A stretch of DNA of 64,000 bases from assembly GCA_035524795.1 (NCBI GenBank), contig DATKOF010000004.1, positions 3,607 through 67,606 on the forward strand, in the 5' to 3' direction. The notes under the pieces are model-generated. The model searched no databases. It saw only the letters and a list, made by a program, of their open reading frames with translations, and was not told where the DNA came from. Below are positions 1-9,349 of this stretch, in pieces. Made by a program: the position numbers and the translations under genes. The stretch is from Burkholderiales bacterium. GTDB taxonomy: Bacteria; Pseudomonadota; Gammaproteobacteria; Burkholderiales; SG8-41. Within the stretch, counting starts at the first letter, position 1. The number at the start of each line of letters is the position of its first letter.

Positions 1-1183
1 TCGCGATGAAAGCGGTTACATGGCCTGACAGCGTTTCACGCAGCCCGTATTTTCTGATGACGTTAAGCGCCTTCTTTTCGACTGCGCCCCATTTTTTGGG
101 GTCAACGTCGTCCGTGTGCCAGTAGACCGGCTTGATGAACACCTCCCGCTTCAGCGGGTCGCAGGCCGGCCCGAGCAGGGTTTCATGCAGCAGCAGCCCT
201 TTTTCCCATGGTCCCGACAGGGGGTTCGCATACTCAGGAATGACTTCCAGCGGCACCGCACGATCGGCAAGCGGCGCCCAGCTGGCCAGCATGATTTCGT
301 CGGAATCCTGAACCACGTGTAATTTGGCGCGGAGCCCCAGATTTCGATGGATGTAATCGGCGTCGAACGTTGCATTATCCAATGTCGAGGTATCGTGGTG
401 CTCGATGGCATCGTAATCAATCAGCAGCGGGGACCACGATAATGCATGCAGGATGATGCCGTTCTCGTCCGGCACCCGCCACCAGGCGGCGATCTGGAAG
501 CGTGGGAAAAAAGGCTTCTCCCATTCGCAGCACAGCACTTCACTGTGAAAGCTGTGAATTCCTGCCCACACCAGTTTGCGGCCGGTTGCGATCAGCGGAC
601 GCCCCTCGTCGCCGAAACGCGAATCGATGGAGGCGACGTCAAGTTGTTTGAGGTGTTCGAAAAACGGCTCTTCGCCGAATCTGAGCGCGGGAGTCCATAC
701 CAGTTCGACGCCATCGGCGGCATGGCGTTGCAATGCGGCCACCGTGCCGTCGGATACCATCAGATCCGGAGTCAGGATGGTGCCGTAGGCGCGATCCTCG
801 AACGCCATGTGGGTGGCAATCTTGTGACCCACTCCCATGTGAAAAACGGCGTGGACGCCTTCCCGGTATGGCGGAATCCGGATGAACACCGGTTCAACGT
901 ACTGCCTGAGGAGATTCAATATGGGGCTCGCCTGGATGCGCGCCCAATCCTCATCAGTGGTTGCGATCAGGAACTTGTTGCCCGAATTCAGCAGCGCGGG
1001 AAGGTTGTTCGGCGATAACAGCGAGGGAATGCAGAAGTTGCACAGGAAATCCGTGTAGCGCCTGCCCCAGACCACGACGATGAAATAAAAGGGGCGTAGC
1101 GCGCGCGCCTTTTTGTGGAAGGCTTGATCTTGAAGCAAAAGCGAATCGCCAGCCGGGTCGGAAGAAGGACTCGTTTCAATCAT
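1..1183 (-). CDS. hypothetical protein, partial (start codon at 1183; 3' end runs off the left edge; at least 394 aa)
   Basis: Not in the ORF track because there is no stop in the window. My translation of the minus strand from ATG (1183-1181) is uninterrupted to position 2: MIETSPSSDPAGDSLLLQDQAFHKKARALRPFYFIVVVWGRRYTDFLCNFCIPSLLSPNNLPALLNSGNKFLIATT... The listed 446..1018 + ORF is its antisense shadow. No family recognised. Confidence 0.6.
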   Translation of the reverse strand, partial: MIETSPSSDPAGDSLLLQDQAFHKKARALRPFYFIVVVWGRRYTDFLCNFCIPSLLSPNNLPALLNSGNKFLIATTDEDWARIQASPILNLLRQYVEPVFIRIPPYREGVHAVFHMGVGHKIATHMAFEDRAYGTILTPDLMVSDGTVAALQRHAADGVELVWTPALRFGEEPFFEHLKQLDVASIDSRFGDEGRPLIATGRKLVWAGIHSFHSEVLCCEWEKPFFPRFQIAAWWRVPDENGIILHALSWSPLLIDYDAIEHHDTSTLDNATFDADYIHRNLGLRAKLHVVQDSDEIMLASWAPLADRAVPLEVIPEYANPLSGPWEKGLLLHETLLGPACDPLKREVFIKPVYWHTDDVDPKKWGAVEKKALNVIRKYGLRETLSGHVTAFIA

Positions 1184-1206
1184 TGGCCGCGGAGGATGCT
1201 GACCGC

Positions 1207-2268
1207 TTAAGCCATGGCCTCAGCGTTTTCCTCGATCAGTTCGGGCGGTGGCGGCGGGTGCCCCGCTATCAACTGGCCCTGCCAATTTTTCAACCGTGCA
1301 ATTTTGTTGTACCAGGTGTATTGCGGAGAGCTCCTGATCAATAACCCGTCGCGTATTTCCTCTTTATATTCGAGCATCGCCCAGCCGTTGCAATTCCTGC
1401 AAAACGGCACTTTGTCCCACTGACCGGTCTCGTGGTAATAGCGCGCCTTCGCGAATTCCTCGCCGTTCCACACCGCGGCGACGCCATCCTTGAACACGTT
1501 GCCCATATTGGTCTGCTTGAAGCCGTCGAGGCAGCAGATGGTGACGGCTCCATCGTTGTGGACGGGCAGCGTGGTGTAGATTGCGGGACAGGGTTTCCGT
1601 TCCGGCGGCGTTTCCATGTCCGGGAAGGTGCCGTTTTCGAAGATGATGCCCATCCGCACGACATCGACGACCCCGACCCATCGTTCGACGAAGGCGTCGA
1701 TTTCGTGACGGTTGTCGTTCTGGATTGTGAACGACACGCCCACCCGCGGCTTTTCGGCGTCGCCGCGCACGCTCAGCATGCGCAGCACCGCGCTTTCGAT
1801 TTTGGCGAGTTTGTTGATGCCGCGGATTTTCTTCAGCGTTTCCGGCGTCGTTGCGTCGATGCTGAACATCACTGCGTCCACTTCCTGCTCGACAAAGAAA
1901 CGCGCTAGGTCTTCGCGCAGCGTCAGGCCGTTGGTGTTCATCGCGATCGACATGCCGCGGGTCTTCATGTCGGCGATGCGTTCGCGCAGATTGGGCGCCA
2001 GCAACGGCTCCCCGTACATATTCGGCTGGATCAGCGGCTTGGCCGCCATCAGCTCGTCCAGCACCTTACGCGATGCTTCGAGATCCATCACGCCCTTGAC
2101 AGAGTCAATAGCATTGTTGTCCTCGGAGCCCCATACTGGACACATCGGGCAGCGCAGATTGCACTTGGTTGCCAGATCGAGCAATACGCGCGGCGGCAGT
2201 ACGGGCACCGGCAACGGCACCCAGCCGCGCGCCGGATCAACCCATTCAGCTTTTGACCAATCGCGCAT
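1207..2268 (-). CDS. radical SAM / SPASM-domain protein
   Basis: CxxxCxxC cluster motif (CNLRCPMC) near the N-terminus. Cys-rich C-terminal region (CPAIY...ICCLD...FCRNCNGW) is typical of a SPASM/twitch auxiliary-cluster domain. Confidence 0.85.
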   Translation of the reverse strand: MRDWSKAEWVDPARGWVPLPVPVLPPRVLLDLATKCNLRCPMCPVWGSEDNNAIDSVKGVMDLEASRKVLDELMAAKPLIQPNMYGEPLLAPNLRERIADMKTRGMSIAMNTNGLTLREDLARFFVEQEVDAVMFSIDATTPETLKKIRGINKLAKIESAVLRMLSVRGDAEKPRVGVSFTIQNDNRHEIDAFVERWVGVVDVVRMGIIFENGTFPDMETPPERKPCPAIYTTLPVHNDGAVTICCLDGFKQTNMGNVFKDGVAAVWNGEEFAKARYYHETGQWDKVPFCRNCNGWAMLEYKEEIRDGLLIRSSPQYTWYNKIARLKNWQGQLIAGHPPPPPELIEENAEAMA

Positions 2269-2324
2269 ATTTATTTAGTAATTGTAACAAATAACTCCAC
2301 AAGAACTTCTGATGATTCTCAAAT

Positions 2325-3488
2325 CTATACATTCGCTGGAAGTGCATATGTCACGGTTTCGATGATGCCGCCATCGTGCTGTCTGAAATAAAGACGGTAG
2401 TCTGGCCGCAGATTACGGATGGTTGCCGGTACCCGCCACAGATGATCGGGCATGTGATAGGCGGAAATCGCAAGCTTGGGCGCCCAGCGGCGGATGGAGG
2501 CGGCCGCACCTTCCAGCGCTGCAATTTCGGCGGCCTCTATGTTCATCTTGATATAAGAAACGCGCGCGCCGTTCAGGACTTCATCCAGCCCCACGACCGG
2601 GATGGTGATCCCCCCGCTTGACACGAGCACCGAACCGCGAGTGCCGGCATTGTCGAAGCGGAGCGTCGCCTTCGTGCGATGCAGGCCGGCGTTGATTGGA
2701 TGCACGCGCGGCTCATCGGCAAAGTTCGCCTGTAACCGGCGGAACGTCGCCGGATCGGGTTCAAACGCAATGACCTCGGCAAACCGGTTGTCGACACGTT
2801 TGATGAACAGCCGGATTGAATCGCCGTCAAACGCGCCGCCATCTACATAAACCTCGTCCGTGCCATAGTTCAGGAGATTGTTCGGGCCATACAGTTCCCA
2901 TTCCACGACCGGATCGAGTTCGACCGGGTCGGCGGTCAGGCGGTAGCCGATTACCGCGGCAAGAACGGCCCGCGAATAGTCGTCCGCCACCAGCTCACCG
3001 AGTTCGCGGTAACGCTCAAGATTATCCGCAAGATCTTCGAGCAGGCCGTCGTGAAACATGTGCGGCGGAAAGCGCGCTGGGTCGAGGGTCTGCAGCAGAA
3101 GGAACGGCGCGACATTCACGAACCCCATTTCCCTGAGCCGCCGTACCGGCAGCAGCGAGCGGTGGGATGCGACGATCACCGGCGTTGCGCGATCAAGCCG
3201 CTGCAGTTCCTCGACCGGCGTGACCTTGAGGCCCTCGACGGTTTGCGTTTGTCTGGCGGGATTGTCGTCGGCGATGGCGCGCACAATGATGCCGTGCTGC
3301 CTGCACAGCGCGGCCAACCGCATTCCCTCGTCGGCTGCACCGACGATCGCAAGCTCTTTCAGATTTGCTGTCGCGAAAGCCGGCCAGCGCGCGGCAAGCA
3401 CGGCCCGCAGGCCTGCCGCCGAACCGGCGCTGGCAATCGCATTTAGTCGGTCGCCAAACGTCGGCGCATTTTGCACGGTATCGTTCAT
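2325..3488 (-). CDS. FkbM-family methyltransferase with N-terminal Rossmann-like extension
   Basis: C-terminal half (VYVDGGAFDGDS...AFEPDP...YIKMNIEAAE) resembles FkbM-type methyltransferases. The internal ATG at 3488 (MNDTVQNAP...) is preferred over the Arg-rich 445-aa extension to 3662. Confidence 0.7.
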   Translation of the reverse strand: MNDTVQNAPTFGDRLNAIASAGSAAGLRAVLAARWPAFATANLKELAIVGAADEGMRLAALCRQHGIIVRAIADDNPARQTQTVEGLKVTPVEELQRLDRATPVIVASHRSLLPVRRLREMGFVNVAPFLLLQTLDPARFPPHMFHDGLLEDLADNLERYRELGELVADDYSRAVLAAVIGYRLTADPVELDPVVEWELYGPNNLLNYGTDEVYVDGGAFDGDSIRLFIKRVDNRFAEVIAFEPDPATFRRLQANFADEPRVHPINAGLHRTKATLRFDNAGTRGSVLVSSGGITIPVVGLDEVLNGARVSYIKMNIEAAEIAALEGAAASIRRWAPKLAISAYHMPDHLWRVPATIRNLRPDYRLYFRQHDGGIIETVTYALPANV

Positions 3489-3720
3489 GGTTGCCCGGAG
3501 AGATTTCGGCGCTTCGTGGTTGCAATTGCCGGTCAGACAGGAATTCTCTTGCGACCGGCGCCCGATCAATGACCGGAGCCCGGCTAAATGCGGCTCGCAA
3601 CGGCGCTGCAATTTCAGAAACAGCCGGATTCTATCCGAGATTCCCCCATGATGGCCATGCATCCGTACCGGGATTCCCTATATAATGCGGGATTATTTGC
3701 GCATTTATCGGAAAAAAGAC

Positions 3721-4308
3721 ATGACTTCCCACGTTTCAACGTACATGGCGCAGGCCGCGGAAATAGCGCGTACCCTCGATTACCGGGAAGTTGAATCGAT
3801 GGCCGATGCGCTGGCCAAGCTGCGGGCAGACGGCGGACGGCTGTTTTTTCTCGGGGTCGGCGGCAGCGCCGGGAATTGCGGTCATGCGGTAAACGATTTT
3901 CGCAAACTATGTGGCATCGAGGCGTACGCTCCTACCGACAATGTGTCGGAACTCACGGCGCGCACCAATGACGAGGGTTGGGAGACAGTGTTCGCGGCGT
4001 GGCTGGTTACCAGCAAGCTGTCGGATAAGGACGGCGTATTTATATTTTCAGTGGGCGGCGGGAATCTTGAAAAAAACGTCAGTCCAAACTTGGTTCGTGC
4101 GCTGGAATTGGCTAAAAGCCGGGGTGCAAAAATTTTCGGCGTGGTCGGACGCGATGGCGGATTTACCAAAAAAGTCGGCACCCACGTTGTTGTTATCCCG
4201 ACCGTGGATGCCAACCTGGTAACGCCGCATACGGAAGCCTTTCACGCGGTGGTGTGGCACTGCCTCGTCTCCCATCCCAAGCTGCAGCAACAGGCCACGA
4301 AGTGGTAG
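3721..4308 (+). CDS. gmhA: SIS-domain sugar-phosphate isomerase, GmhA-like (sedoheptulose-7-P isomerase candidate)
   Basis: LFFLGVGGSAGNCGHAVNDF matches the SIS/GmhA phosphate-binding segment. The track start at 3685 lies inside a TATAAT hexamer (3681-3686), so the ATG at 3721 (MTSHVSTYMAQ...) is preferred. Either start is possible. Confidence 0.75.
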   Translation: MTSHVSTYMAQAAEIARTLDYREVESMADALAKLRADGGRLFFLGVGGSAGNCGHAVNDFRKLCGIEAYAPTDNVSELTARTNDEGWETVFAAWLVTSKLSDKDGVFIFSVGGGNLEKNVSPNLVRALELAKSRGAKIFGVVGRDGGFTKKVGTHVVVIPTVDANLVTPHTEAFHAVVWHCLVSHPKLQQQATKW

Positions 4309-4421
4309 GTTAGCGGGATCGGTCGGGTTGGATTTCGGTCGATCACCGTCCCCGCTTATTATTCACGCACGTAATCGTTGATACACTGACAGCAGCCAGT
4401 TCAATTCCATTTTGTAATCGA

Positions 4422-5228
4422 ATGCTCAAGCCACAATACGATCTGGCGTTCCGCGACATCGTCGGCGGGATTATTAAGTGGCAGCTATGGACCCGTGCGG
4501 GTTGGGCGGATGTTCGGGCACGCTATCGCCGTACCACTTTTGGCCCGTTCTGGGCGACCATCAGCCTTGGAATCATGATGATTTCGATGGGCTTGGTTTG
4601 GTCAGCATTGTGGAAAATGAATGTAAAAGAATATCTCCCATTCATAAGCGCGGGATTGTTAAGCTGGGCGCTGGTGTCCGCGATCATCAGCGATGGAACA
4701 AACGCATTCACCGCCCAGAAGGGTTTGCTGGAAGCACTGCATTTTCCTCTGACGATGCTGACCTGCGCTGTCGTGTGGAGGAATTTGATCCTGTTTTTCC
4801 ACAACCTGCTTGTCTATCTGCTGGTGGCGGTCATTTTTCAGGTGCCGGTTAGCTGGGCAACTTTGATGGTCGTGCCGGCGCTGCTCCTGATCGCCATCAA
4901 CGGCGTGTGGGTATCCACTTTGCTGGGCATGATGGGTGCGCGCTACCGGGACGTGCAACAACTGATCGTCAATCTGCTGCAAATCGCGATGTTTCTGACA
5001 CCGATTTTTTGGACCTCCGACCAGCTGGGGGGGAGTGGCCGCGGCAAATTCGTGCTGGTTGATCTGAACCCGATGGCGCATTACATCAACATCATCCGCA
5101 ATCCTTTGCTTGGCGAATTTCCCACCGTGCTCGATTGGAAAGCGGTGCTGATTTTAACGGTACTGGGCTGGCTGTTTACGCTGGCGATTTTTGCCAGGTT
5201 CCGCCGCCGCATCACCTACTGGCTCTAG
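4422..5228 (+). CDS. wzm: ABC-2 type polysaccharide export permease (Wzm/KpsM/TagG-like)
   Basis: 268 aa with about 6 hydrophobic segments. N-terminal RYRRTTFGPFWATISLG motif is typical of ABC-2 permeases. It is immediately followed by the cognate ATPase. Confidence 0.85.
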   Translation: MLKPQYDLAFRDIVGGIIKWQLWTRAGWADVRARYRRTTFGPFWATISLGIMMISMGLVWSALWKMNVKEYLPFISAGLLSWALVSAIISDGTNAFTAQKGLLEALHFPLTMLTCAVVWRNLILFFHNLLVYLLVAVIFQVPVSWATLMVVPALLLIAINGVWVSTLLGMMGARYRDVQQLIVNLLQIAMFLTPIFWTSDQLGGSGRGKFVLVDLNPMAHYINIIRNPLLGEFPTVLDWKAVLILTVLGWLFTLAIFARFRRRITYWL

Positions 5229-5237
5229 GATTGCACC

Positions 5238-6005
5238 ATGGCCTCAATCACGCTGGAAAATGTGACTGTCGATTTTACGATCTACGGCCATCACAGCTTT
5301 CGAACGGCATTGTTGTCGACGGCCGGGGGGCTGATACGCCGCCAGGGCAGGAAGAACGACCGCATCACGGTGCGCGCGCTGGACAACCTGTCGATGAAGA
5401 TATCCCACGGCGATCGTATCGGCCTGATCGGTCACAACGGGGCCGGTAAATCGACGCTGCTCAGGGTTCTCGCGGGTGTCTATGAGCCGATCGGCGGCAG
5501 GATCATCACCGAGGGCAAGGTGTCATCCCTGCTCAACAGCAGCCCGGGCATGAATTTCGACGACACCGGCTACGAAAACATCATGACCTGCGGGTTGTAC
5601 CTGGGAATGACGAAACAGGAAATCATCCGCAAGACGCCCGACATCGAAGAGTTCACCGAGCTTGGCGAATATCTGACCCTGCCCATACGCACCTACTCGG
5701 CCGGGATGCTGACGAGACTGGCTTTCGGGATCGCGACCTCGATCGAGCCCGATATCCTGCTGCTGGACGAGGGGCTGGGCGCAGGTGACGCGCGTTTCAT
5801 CGAGCGCGCCAACCAGCGCGTCAACAAGCTGATCAATCGGGCCAGCATTCTGGTGCTGGCCGCCCATGCCGATGCCTTGATCAAGTCGATGTGCAATCGC
5901 TGCATTTTGATGGATCATGGGCGGGTCGTGCGCATCGGCGCTACCGAAGAAGTCATTGATGAATATCACCGCCTCACAAGCGAGCGAGCGGCGGTGCAGG
6001 GTTAA
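5238..6005 (+). CDS. wzt: polysaccharide ABC transporter ATP-binding protein (Wzt/KpsT-like, short form)
   Basis: Walker A GHNGAGKST, signature YSAGMLTRLAF, Walker B ILLLDE. At 255 aa there is no room for a C-terminal glycan-binding domain. Confidence 0.9.
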   Translation: MASITLENVTVDFTIYGHHSFRTALLSTAGGLIRRQGRKNDRITVRALDNLSMKISHGDRIGLIGHNGAGKSTLLRVLAGVYEPIGGRIITEGKVSSLLNSSPGMNFDDTGYENIMTCGLYLGMTKQEIIRKTPDIEEFTELGEYLTLPIRTYSAGMLTRLAFGIATSIEPDILLLDEGLGAGDARFIERANQRVNKLINRASILVLAAHADALIKSMCNRCILMDHGRVVRIGATEEVIDEYHRLTSERAAVQG

Positions 6006-6028
6006 GATTCGCTCGCGAAGAATCCTCG

Positions 6029-6568
6029 ATGTCACGCCGCCTGCAGCGCGCCGTTTTCCTTGATCGTGATGGAGTCGTTACCCGTTGCGAGGTGCGCAAC
6101 GGGAAGCCGTACGCGTTGCGCAGCCTGAACGGCTTCCGGCTGTTGCCCCGCGTCAAATCCTCGATCGCGAAACTCAAGCGGGCGGGCTTCATCGTCATAA
6201 TCGTCACGAATCAGCCTGATATCGGAAACGGTCTGGTCGATCCCAAGGTGGTTTCCGCGATGCACGATCGACTGCGGGCGTTGCTGCCGATCGATGAAAT
6301 CAGGATGTGCCCTCATCGCCAGACCGACAATTGCCGGTGCCGCAAACCCAAACCCGGCATGCTTCGGGCGGCGGCCAGGAAGTGGGGAATAACCCTTAAA
6401 AAGAGCTTCATGGTGGGCGACCGCTGGGGGGATATCGTTGCCGGGCAAGCCGTTGGATGTTATACTGTTTTTGTTGATCGGCATTACAAAGAACCTCAGA
6501 TTGCGGTGCCCGATGGGTATGCCACCTCGCTGGCTTCCGCTACTCGTTTGATTCTGTCGCTATCCTGA
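6029..6568 (+). CDS. gmhB: D,D-heptose 1,7-bisphosphate phosphatase (HAD-IIIA, GmhB)
   Basis: FLDRDGVV, VTNQPDIG and the GmhB zinc motif CPHRQTDNCRCRKPKPGM. Confidence 0.85.
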   Translation: MSRRLQRAVFLDRDGVVTRCEVRNGKPYALRSLNGFRLLPRVKSSIAKLKRAGFIVIIVTNQPDIGNGLVDPKVVSAMHDRLRALLPIDEIRMCPHRQTDNCRCRKPKPGMLRAAARKWGITLKKSFMVGDRWGDIVAGQAVGCYTVFVDRHYKEPQIAVPDGYATSLASATRLILSLS

Positions 6569-6569
6569 T

Positions 6570-7310
6570 ATGAGCAGCCCTATGCCTACAGTTGATGCTT
6601 TGCGTGTCAAATTATTCGCCGATGGCGCCGATTTCGACGGCATCATGAAAATGTACGCGAACCCGATGATCAAGGGGTTCACCACCAATCCCACCTTGAT
6701 GCGCAAGGCGGGAATTGCAGATTACGAAGCTTTTGCCCGCAAGCTGCTCGATGCGGTTCCCGATCGTCCGGTGTCGCTCGAAGTGTTCGCCGACGATTTC
6801 GGCGAAATGGAAAAGCAGGCGCTCAAAATCGCGTCGTGGGGCAAGAACGTCAACGTCAAAATTCCGGTGACCAATACCAAACGGGAATTTTCCGGAGATC
6901 TCATCCGCCGGCTTTCGTCCGCGGGCGTGACCCTCAATGTCACGGCGCTGCTGACTCTCGAGCAGGTGCGCAAGGTGACCGAATGCCTCGCCGAGGATAC
7001 GCCGGCGATCATTTCGGTGTTCGCCGGGCGGATCGCCGACAGCGGGGTCGATCCTGTGCCGATCATGGCCGAGGCCGTCAACATCATGCGCGACAAGCCC
7101 AGGTCAGAACTGATCTGGGCCAGCCCGCGCGAATTGCTGAATATTTTCCAGGCCGACGCGATAGGCTGCCACATCATCACCGCGACCAACGACATTCTTG
7201 CCAAGCTGTCGCTGGTCGGCAAGGATCATCACGATTATTCCCTGGAAACGGTTCAGATGTTTCACCGGGATGCCAGCGCCGCCGGTTATTCGATCGATAC
7301 CGGAAGCTGA
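6570..7310 (+). CDS. transaldolase-family protein (short type, fructose-6-P aldolase-like fold)
   Basis: GFTTNPTL, Schiff-base lysine context NVKIPVT, NVTALL, ISVFAGRI. Confidence 0.85.
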   Translation: MSSPMPTVDALRVKLFADGADFDGIMKMYANPMIKGFTTNPTLMRKAGIADYEAFARKLLDAVPDRPVSLEVFADDFGEMEKQALKIASWGKNVNVKIPVTNTKREFSGDLIRRLSSAGVTLNVTALLTLEQVRKVTECLAEDTPAIISVFAGRIADSGVDPVPIMAEAVNIMRDKPRSELIWASPRELLNIFQADAIGCHIITATNDILAKLSLVGKDHHDYSLETVQMFHRDASAAGYSIDTGS

Positions 7311-7352
7311 CGGCGCGCCACACGATTCCATTCACGCCAGGTACGGAGACAC

Positions 7353-8348
7353 ATGAAAAATATCCTGATCACAGGAGGGGCGGGCTATGTAGGATGCCTG
7401 CTGGTTCCGCAGTTGCTCGAGAAGGGCTACCACATCACGGTGTACGACACCTTCTGGTACGGCAATCATCTTCCCAAGCATCCGAATCTGAAGCTGGTCG
7501 AGGGAGACATCCGCGACACGGCCAAACTGGCCGAGGCGTTCAAGGGCATCGAGGCGGTGATTTCGCTGGCCTGCATTTCCAATGACGCCAGCTTCGAACT
7601 CGATGAGAAACTGAGCACCAGCGTCAATCTCGATGCGTTCGAGCCGATGGTGGTCGCGGCCAAGAAAGCCGGCGTCAAGCGCTTCGTCTATTGCTCATCG
7701 AGCTCGGTTTATGGCGTGTCGGACAAGCCGGAGGTCACGGAGGACCATCCGCTGGTGCCGGTGTCGCTGTACAACAAATACAAGGGCATGTGCGAGCCGC
7801 TGCTGTGGAAGCATCAGGGCCCCGGATTTACCTGCGTGACGATCCGTCCGGCGACGGTGTGCGGTTACAGCCCGCGCACACGTCTCGACCTGTCGGTCAA
7901 CATCCTGACCAATCATGCGGTCAATAAGGGCAAGATTACGGTGTTCGGCGGCGCCCAGCTGCGCCCGAACCTGCACATCCAGGACATGTGTAATCTCTAC
8001 CAGTTGCTGCTCGAGTTGCCGGACGAGAAGATCGCGGGCCAGACCTTCAACGCCGGCTATCAGAACATGAGCATCATGGACATCGCCAAAACCGTGCGCG
8101 ACGTGGTCAAGCAGGAGTTTCCGGAAAAGGGCGAACTCGAGATCGCGACGACGCCGACCGACGATATCCGCTCCTATCACATCAATTCCGACAAGATCGC
8201 GCGCGTGATCGGTTTCCGGCCGAAGCACACGATCGAAGACGCGGTGCGCGACCTGTGCCGTGCGTTCAAGGCCGGCAAGCTGCCGAACAGCTTCGACGAT
8301 GACATCTATTTCAACGTCAAGCGCATGAAGCGGCTCGGCATCAAATGA
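7353..8348 (+). CDS. NAD-dependent epimerase/dehydratase (extended SDR)
   Basis: ITGGAGYVG Rossmann motif and YNKYK catalytic motif. Confidence 0.85.
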   Translation: MKNILITGGAGYVGCLLVPQLLEKGYHITVYDTFWYGNHLPKHPNLKLVEGDIRDTAKLAEAFKGIEAVISLACISNDASFELDEKLSTSVNLDAFEPMVVAAKKAGVKRFVYCSSSSVYGVSDKPEVTEDHPLVPVSLYNKYKGMCEPLLWKHQGPGFTCVTIRPATVCGYSPRTRLDLSVNILTNHAVNKGKITVFGGAQLRPNLHIQDMCNLYQLLLELPDEKIAGQTFNAGYQNMSIMDIAKTVRDVVKQEFPEKGELEIATTPTDDIRSYHINSDKIARVIGFRPKHTIEDAVRDLCRAFKAGKLPNSFDDDIYFNVKRMKRLGIK

Positions 8349-9346
8349 CCGCCAAACCCGTGGCCGTGGTCACCGGTGGCGCCGGCTTCATCGGCAGCCA
8401 CATGGTGGATAATCTGCTTGCCAACGGTTACCGGGTGAGGGCCATCGACAATCTCGCCGGCGGCCACGAAAAGAACATCGCGCATCTGAAGCACAACAGC
8501 GATTTCACTTTCGAGCGCGAGGATATCCGCAACCTCAATCCCGGCTGCGCGCTGTTCGGGCAGGCCCGCTTCGTGTTCCACTTTGCGGGCATCGGCGACA
8601 TCGTGCCGTCGATTGAGCGCCCGATGGATTACATGTCGGTCAATGTGCAGGGCACCGTGCACGTGCTGGAGTGCGCGCGCGCCGCGAAGGTCGGAAAATT
8701 CGTATACGCGGCTTCGTCGTCGTGCTACGGTCTCGCGGCGACGCCCACGCGCGAGGATCATCCGATTTCCCCGCAATATCCCTATGCGCTGAGCAAGTAC
8801 ATGGGCGAACAGGCGGGTTTCCACTGGCACCAGGTGTACGGGCTGCCGGTGAATTCGATCAGGATTTTCAACGCTTACGGCACGCGGGTGCGCACGACCG
8901 GCGCCTACGGTGCGGTGTTCGGCGTGTTTTTCCGGCAGAAGCTGGCAGGCAAGCCGTTTACCGTGGTCGGGGACGGCACCCAGACCCGCGATTTTCTCTA
9001 CGTGACCGATGTCGCCGAGGCGTTCCGGCTGGCGGCGGAAACGCCGAAGACCGGGGAAATCTGGAATCTCGGCGCCGGCAATCCGCAGCCGGTCAACCGG
9101 CTGGTCGATCTGCTGGGCGGCGAGAAAACGTACATTCCGAAGCGTCCCGGCGAGCCGGACTGCACCTGGGCCGACATTTCGAAAATCACGCGCGATCTGG
9201 GATGGAAGCCGAAGATTTCCTTCGAGGAGGGGGTGGCGCGCATGACGGCCGAGATCGACGTCTGGCGCGATGCGCCGTTGTGGGATCCGGAATCGATCGC
9301 CAAGGCCACCAAGACCTGGTTCGACTATCTGGGGAGGAGCGCGTAA
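8345..9346 (+). CDS. NAD-dependent epimerase/dehydratase (extended SDR, UXS/decarboxylase-like)
   Basis: [11 protein letters not shown] and YALSK. 4-nt overlap with the upstream SDR gene. Confidence 0.85.
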   Translation: MTAKPVAVVTGGAGFIGSHMVDNLLANGYRVRAIDNLAGGHEKNIAHLKHNSDFTFEREDIRNLNPGCALFGQARFVFHFAGIGDIVPSIERPMDYMSVNVQGTVHVLECARAAKVGKFVYAASSSCYGLAATPTREDHPISPQYPYALSKYMGEQAGFHWHQVYGLPVNSIRIFNAYGTRVRTTGAYGAVFGVFFRQKLAGKPFTVVGDGTQTRDFLYVTDVAEAFRLAAETPKTGEIWNLGAGNPQPVNRLVDLLGGEKTYIPKRPGEPDCTWADISKITRDLGWKPKISFEEGVARMTAEIDVWRDAPLWDPESIAKATKTWFDYLGRSA

Positions 9347-9349
9347 AAA

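Noticed and set aside
446-1018. 190-aa plus-strand ORF at the left edge
   Set aside because: The minus strand carries an uninterrupted frame from 1183 to the window edge with protein-like composition. The plus ORF is its antisense shadow.
3681-3686. TATAAT hexamer as the -10 element of the main glycan operon promoter
   Set aside because: The hexamer is perfect, but the -35 region 17 nt upstream (TGCATC) matches poorly. It was used only as a weak argument for the 3721 start and is not listed as a feature.
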